Virus record (IMG/VR): IMGVR_UViG_3300025767_001799
Span: 1-28,658 of that record
DNA length: 28,658 bases
Strand: one strand, 5' to 3'
Source of the DNA: a virus
Lineage: Duplodnaviria; Caudoviricetes
Part shown: piece after piece, positions 26,637-28,658 of the stretch
Layout: each line of letters starts with the position of its first letter
Position numbering within the stretch: the stretch's first letter is position 1
Position numbers and translations under genes: made by a program
Notes under the pieces: generated by a model
The model's database searches: none
Told to the model about the DNA's origin: nothing
The model's input: only the letters and a program-made list of their open reading frames with translations

Positions 26637-26721
26637 GTCAGTGCAGGTTTGCTCTTATCAATAGGTATCAAGGCGTCATACCATCAGATAAGTATGTGGT
26701 TCGATTCCACAACTGGTACCA
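26637..26721 (+). ncRNA. tRNA-like RNA with elongated non-canonical anticodon arm
   Basis: Acceptor GTCAGT/ACTGGT plus A-CCA; perfect T arm TGTGG-TTCGATT-CCACA; mini D hairpin GCA-GGTT-TGC; long stem CTTATC..GGTAT / ATACC..GATAAG. Confidence 0.6.
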
Positions 26722-26738
26722 ATTAAAAGGAACGATTG

Positions 26739-26915
26739 ATGACAGTGTATGCAATTGAACGTAACGGTAATCTGGTTAAACATTATGTTTTCGAAGGTGA
26801 CATTACTAAAATGCACACAAGACCACATTCGGTCGTTGATTTGACTTTTGATAATGAGAAATCAGCATTGGAAGTTGCAAATAAATTAAACGCTACTGTT
26901 GTTAAAGTAGCATAA
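26739..26915 (+). CDS. Small hypothetical protein (58 aa; not in ORF track)
   Basis: AAGGA SD; MTVYAIERNGNLVKHYVFEGD...VVKVA. Confidence 0.55.
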   Translation: MTVYAIERNGNLVKHYVFEGDITKMHTRPHSVVDLTFDNEKSALEVANKLNATVVKVA

Positions 26916-26931
26916 CAAAAGGAATTATATT

Positions 26932-27225
26932 ATGAAAAATTACTTTGATTTTAAAGGTAAAGCAAAACGTCAAGAATATTGGGCAGTACTTATTGCTTCA
27001 ATCGTTGCAGGTATTATCGGGATTGTTATTACTGAGACTATTCCACTTGTAGCACTTGTTGTTCTTGTTGTAACTCTTTGGGTATATCTTGCAACAACTG
27101 TTCGTCGTCTACGCGATGCTGACTTGCACCTTGCATGGATTATCACAGTATTTCTTCCGTACATCGCAACTGTTGCTGCCATTGTATTTGGCATTGTAGG
27201 CAGTGCAGAGCAGAAAGAAGACTAA
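26932..27225 (+). CDS. DUF805 family membrane protein
   Basis: YFDFKGKAKRQEYW...VRRLRD signature with TM helices. Confidence 0.85.
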   Translation: MKNYFDFKGKAKRQEYWAVLIASIVAGIIGIVITETIPLVALVVLVVTLWVYLATTVRRLRDADLHLAWIITVFLPYIATVAAIVFGIVGSAEQKED

Positions 27226-27226
27226 T

Positions 27227-27499
27227 ATGGAACCAGTAACTTTCGCATTTATGTTTCTAATCGCCGTAGCCATGGGTGAAGAGAATAAAACACAGGCCGA
27301 ATATATTGATGAGCTTCATTATGAAATTATTGAACTTGAGACTTCGACTGATACTTTGAAGGAAGAAGTTGCCGATCTTGAATCTTGGAACTATCGTCTA
27401 TCTGGTGAACTTGCAGACCTGGCTGGGCGAGAGAATATGAATAATGCCTCTCAGCAAGATCAGATTGATACTTTGATTCGTCGTGTAATGTCAGAATAG
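27227..27499 (+). CDS. Membrane-anchored coiled-coil hypothetical protein
   Basis: N-terminal hydrophobic stretch followed by an acidic heptad region. Confidence 0.55.
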   Translation: MEPVTFAFMFLIAVAMGEENKTQAEYIDELHYEIIELETSTDTLKEEVADLESWNYRLSGELADLAGRENMNNASQQDQIDTLIRRVMSE

Positions 27500-27572
27500 A
27501 TAATAAGCGTAATAAGAATGGTGTGGCGACCTAACACGCCCGTGTAGAGCCACGGTTAGCTCTACAACTTAT

Positions 27573-27655
27573 GCTCCCATGGTGGAACGGTAGACACGTT
27601 TGACTTAAAATCAAATGCCTAGTGCGTCCCGGTTCGAGTCCGGGTGGGAGTACCA
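27573..27655 (+). tRNA. tRNA-Leu (anticodon UAA)
   Basis: Cloverleaf with variable arm: TTTGA-CTTAAAA-TCAAA, TTCGAGT T-loop, CCA. Confidence 0.93.
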
Positions 27656-27675
27656 AATTTAAAATGAGACTAATT

Positions 27676-27813
27676 ATGAAATATTTGCTGATCTTTACCT
27701 TGTTGGCTGGTTGTGCTAATATACAAGACACCACGACAACTATGGATAAAGTGATAATTGCTACATCTCTTGTGGTCTTGGCGCTCGGCGCCTCCAAAAT
27801 AACGCGACAATAA
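27676..27813 (+). CDS. Small lipoprotein (45 aa)
   Basis: MKYLLIFTLLAG-C lipobox and a second hydrophobic helix. Confidence 0.55.
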   Translation: MKYLLIFTLLAGCANIQDTTTTMDKVIIATSLVVLALGASKITRQ

Positions 27814-27818
27814 TATAT

Positions 27819-27895
27819 GGTTTGTTGGTGTAATGGTTAGCACAAAGCGCTCATAACGCTTCAGGACGTGGGTTCAATTCCCCGACGAACTACCA
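27819..27895 (+). tRNA. tRNA with CAU anticodon (Met or Ile2)
   Basis: GGTTTGT/ACGAACT acceptor, AAGCG-CTCATAA-CGCTT anticodon arm, irregular T stem, CCA. Confidence 0.85.
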
Positions 27896-27982
27896 AAAAA
27901 ATATAAAAAAATACATTTTAACTCTAAAATAGACTGAAAAAACGTATATATAATGCTATAGATTAAAAGGAATACAACTTCA

Positions 27983-28087
27983 ATGACTATCCATTCCACA
28001 TATTCACTCCCGACAAAGAACGTGCAATCCCGCGAATGCTTTGCCATGGGTGGCTGGAATATTGATATTCACGAGAGGGTATTTTAA
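27983..28087 (+). CDS. Putative attenuator leader peptide (34 aa, contains all 20 amino acids)
   Basis: AAAGGA SD; MTIHSTYSLPTKNVQSRECFAMGGWNIDIHERVF*; stop lies inside the antiterminator arm. Confidence 0.7.
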   Translation: MTIHSTYSLPTKNVQSRECFAMGGWNIDIHERVF

Positions 28088-28124
28088 GAAGACATTTTTA
28101 ACAAGTCTGATTTTAACAACCCTC
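28075..28124 (+). promoter_or_regulatory. Antiterminator hairpin
   Basis: Nested pairings GAGGGT (28075-80) / ACCCTC (28119-24), TTAAGA (28084-89) / TTTTAA (28111-16), and AGAC (28090-93) / GTCT (28105-08). Confidence 0.6.
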
Positions 28125-28150
28125 CAAGTGAAAACTTCGGAGGGTTTTTT
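28118..28150 (+). terminator. Intrinsic terminator (attenuator)
   Basis: AACCCTCC-AAGT-GAAA-ACTT-C-GGAGGGTT with a GNRA loop, ending in a T6 run. Confidence 0.85.
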
Positions 28151-28155
28151 ATTAT

Positions 28156-28226
28156 GGTGTCACTGATGGTTCAGACGGTTCTCTCATAAGGAACTAGGGA
28201 AGATTCGATTTTTTCTGACACTACCA
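28156..28226 (+). tRNA. Compact tRNA with CAU anticodon and truncated D arm (71 nt)
   Basis: GGTGTCA/TGACACT acceptor, CTGA-TGGT-TCAG mini D arm, GTTCT-CTCATAA-GGAAC anticodon arm, GAAGA-TTCGATT-TTTTC T arm, ACCA. Confidence 0.7.
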
Positions 28227-28247
28227 AGAAAAATTTCAATTTAGGTG

Positions 28248-28276
28248 TTTACAAACCTTTTCGTTTAGTATAGAAT
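28248..28276 (+). promoter_or_regulatory. Early-type promoter
   Basis: GTTTACA, 17-bp spacer, TAGAAT, followed by a GGAG SD. Confidence 0.65.
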
Positions 28277-28303
28277 AACACTATCAACAATGGAGAATAC
28301 AAT

Positions 28304-28459
28304 ATGACACTTTCTTTTGATCCACTTGACCCATATGTAAAAATGGTGATGGAAATCTCTGATGAAACTCTTACTCGGTTCTTCGACTCAATGGGCATTG
28401 ATATCAATCTTGATGCTAATGACGAAGACGAAGGCGTTCTATACGATTGTGAAGCGTAA
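28304..28459 (+). CDS. Small acidic early protein (51 aa; not in ORF track)
   Basis: Own promoter and GGAG SD; MTLSFDPLDPYVKMVMEISDETLTRFFDSMGIDINLDANDEDEGVLYDCEA. Confidence 0.65.
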   Translation: MTLSFDPLDPYVKMVMEISDETLTRFFDSMGIDINLDANDEDEGVLYDCEA

Positions 28460-28474
28460 CAACAAATAAAATAT

Positions 28475-28551
28475 CTATGTATAGCTCAGTCTGGTAGAGT
28501 ATCGCACTTGGAATGCGAAGGCCGGAGGTTCGATACCTCGTAGGACAACCA
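28475..28551 (+). pseudogene. tRNA-Pro (UGG)-like gene with unpaired acceptor stem
   Basis: Normal D arm (TAGCTCAGTCTGGTAGAGT), TCGCA-CTTGGAA-TGCGA anticodon arm, T loop and CCA. CTATGTA and TAGGACA pair at only 3 of 7 positions. Confidence 0.65.
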
Positions 28552-28570
28552 AAATCCAAAGGAATATGTT

Positions 28571-28658
28571 ATGAAAAAAGTTGTAGAAAACGGCCTTGTT
28601 GCAGTAATCTATTCGCCAGGTTATGGCGCAGGTTGGGCAACTTGGGCAGATGGTGTAG
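28571..28658 (+). CDS. Conserved phage hypothetical protein (3'-truncated)
   Basis: AAGGA SD; VAVIYSPGYGAGWATW motif that I recall from diverse phages; runs off the window end. Confidence 0.65.
   Translation, partial: MKKVVENGLVAVIYSPGYGAGWATWADGV

Noticed and set aside
26637-26721. Selenocysteine or suppressor tRNA, or tmRNA
   Set aside because: No UCA or CUA anticodon in a 7-nt loop, no long variable arm, and no tag reading frame.
27520-27567. Theta/HDV-like or pistol ribozyme call for the structured element
   Set aside because: Partial topological similarity only. There is no J4/2 catalytic C segment and no pistol P2/P3 core, and it lies 5' rather than 3' of the tRNA.
27622-27675. N-terminal extension of ORF 27622-27813 and minus ORF 27531-27797
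   Set aside because: Both overlap tRNA-Leu; the plausible start is ATG 27676, which gives a clean lipoprotein signal.
432-27797. All minus-strand ORFs and short alternative-frame plus-strand ORFs in the track (for example 3439-3921, 9080-9451, 26088-26438)
   Set aside because: They lie within well-supported plus-strand genes or tRNAs and show no recognisable motifs; they are shadow ORFs.
27930-27954. Canonical sigma70 promoter TAGACT...TATAAT for the leader peptide
   Set aside because: The spacer is only 13 bp. A -10 or late-type element (TATATATAAT) is plausible, but the promoter cannot be defined, and the leader may be transcribed from upstream.
1-28658. Stop-codon reassignment
   Set aside because: Recognisable genes are full length under the standard code, and TAA, TAG and TGA all occur at gene ends abutting the next start.
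1-28658. CRISPR array, transposase, integrase or long tandem repeats
   Set aside because: No regularly spaced direct repeats or recombinase motifs were seen by eye.

Overview
A 28.7-kb piece of an AT-rich, T4-like (large myovirus) phage genome, probably aquatic, with essentially all genes on the + strand. In order it holds: (1) 1-7065, late/virion genes, including charged modular proteins with T4-type xxE cleavage motifs, an inserted AMP-binding enzyme and an overlapping i-/o-spanin pair; (2) 7233-9855, a class Id-like ribonucleotide reductase (nrdB-nrdA) with an NrdR-box-like site; (3) 9857-19461, DNA-metabolism and accessory genes (2OG-Fe(II) oxygenases, GIY-YIG nuclease, split radical SAM/SPASM pair, RNase H, DenV-like glycosylase, HExxH peptidase, PhoH, HAD nucleotidase) driven by repeated (G)TTTACA-N16/17-TAnnAT promoters; (4) 19458-25952, a contiguous glycosyltransferase/sulfotransferase/methyltransferase/aminotransferase cluster; (5) 26000-28658, a tRNA region with normal tRNAs (Arg-UCU, Leu-UAA, CAU), aberrant tRNA-like RNAs and small ORFs. 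The most striking element, missed by the ORF track, is at 27983-28150: a 34-codon leader ORF containing all 20 amino acids, whose stop codon lies in the 5' arm of an antiterminator hairpin that is mutually exclusive with an intrinsic terminator placed 5 nt before a tRNA gene. It looks like a pan-amino-acid translation-sensing attenuator controlling phage tRNA expression. All family assignments come from motif recognition by eye; no database searches were run.
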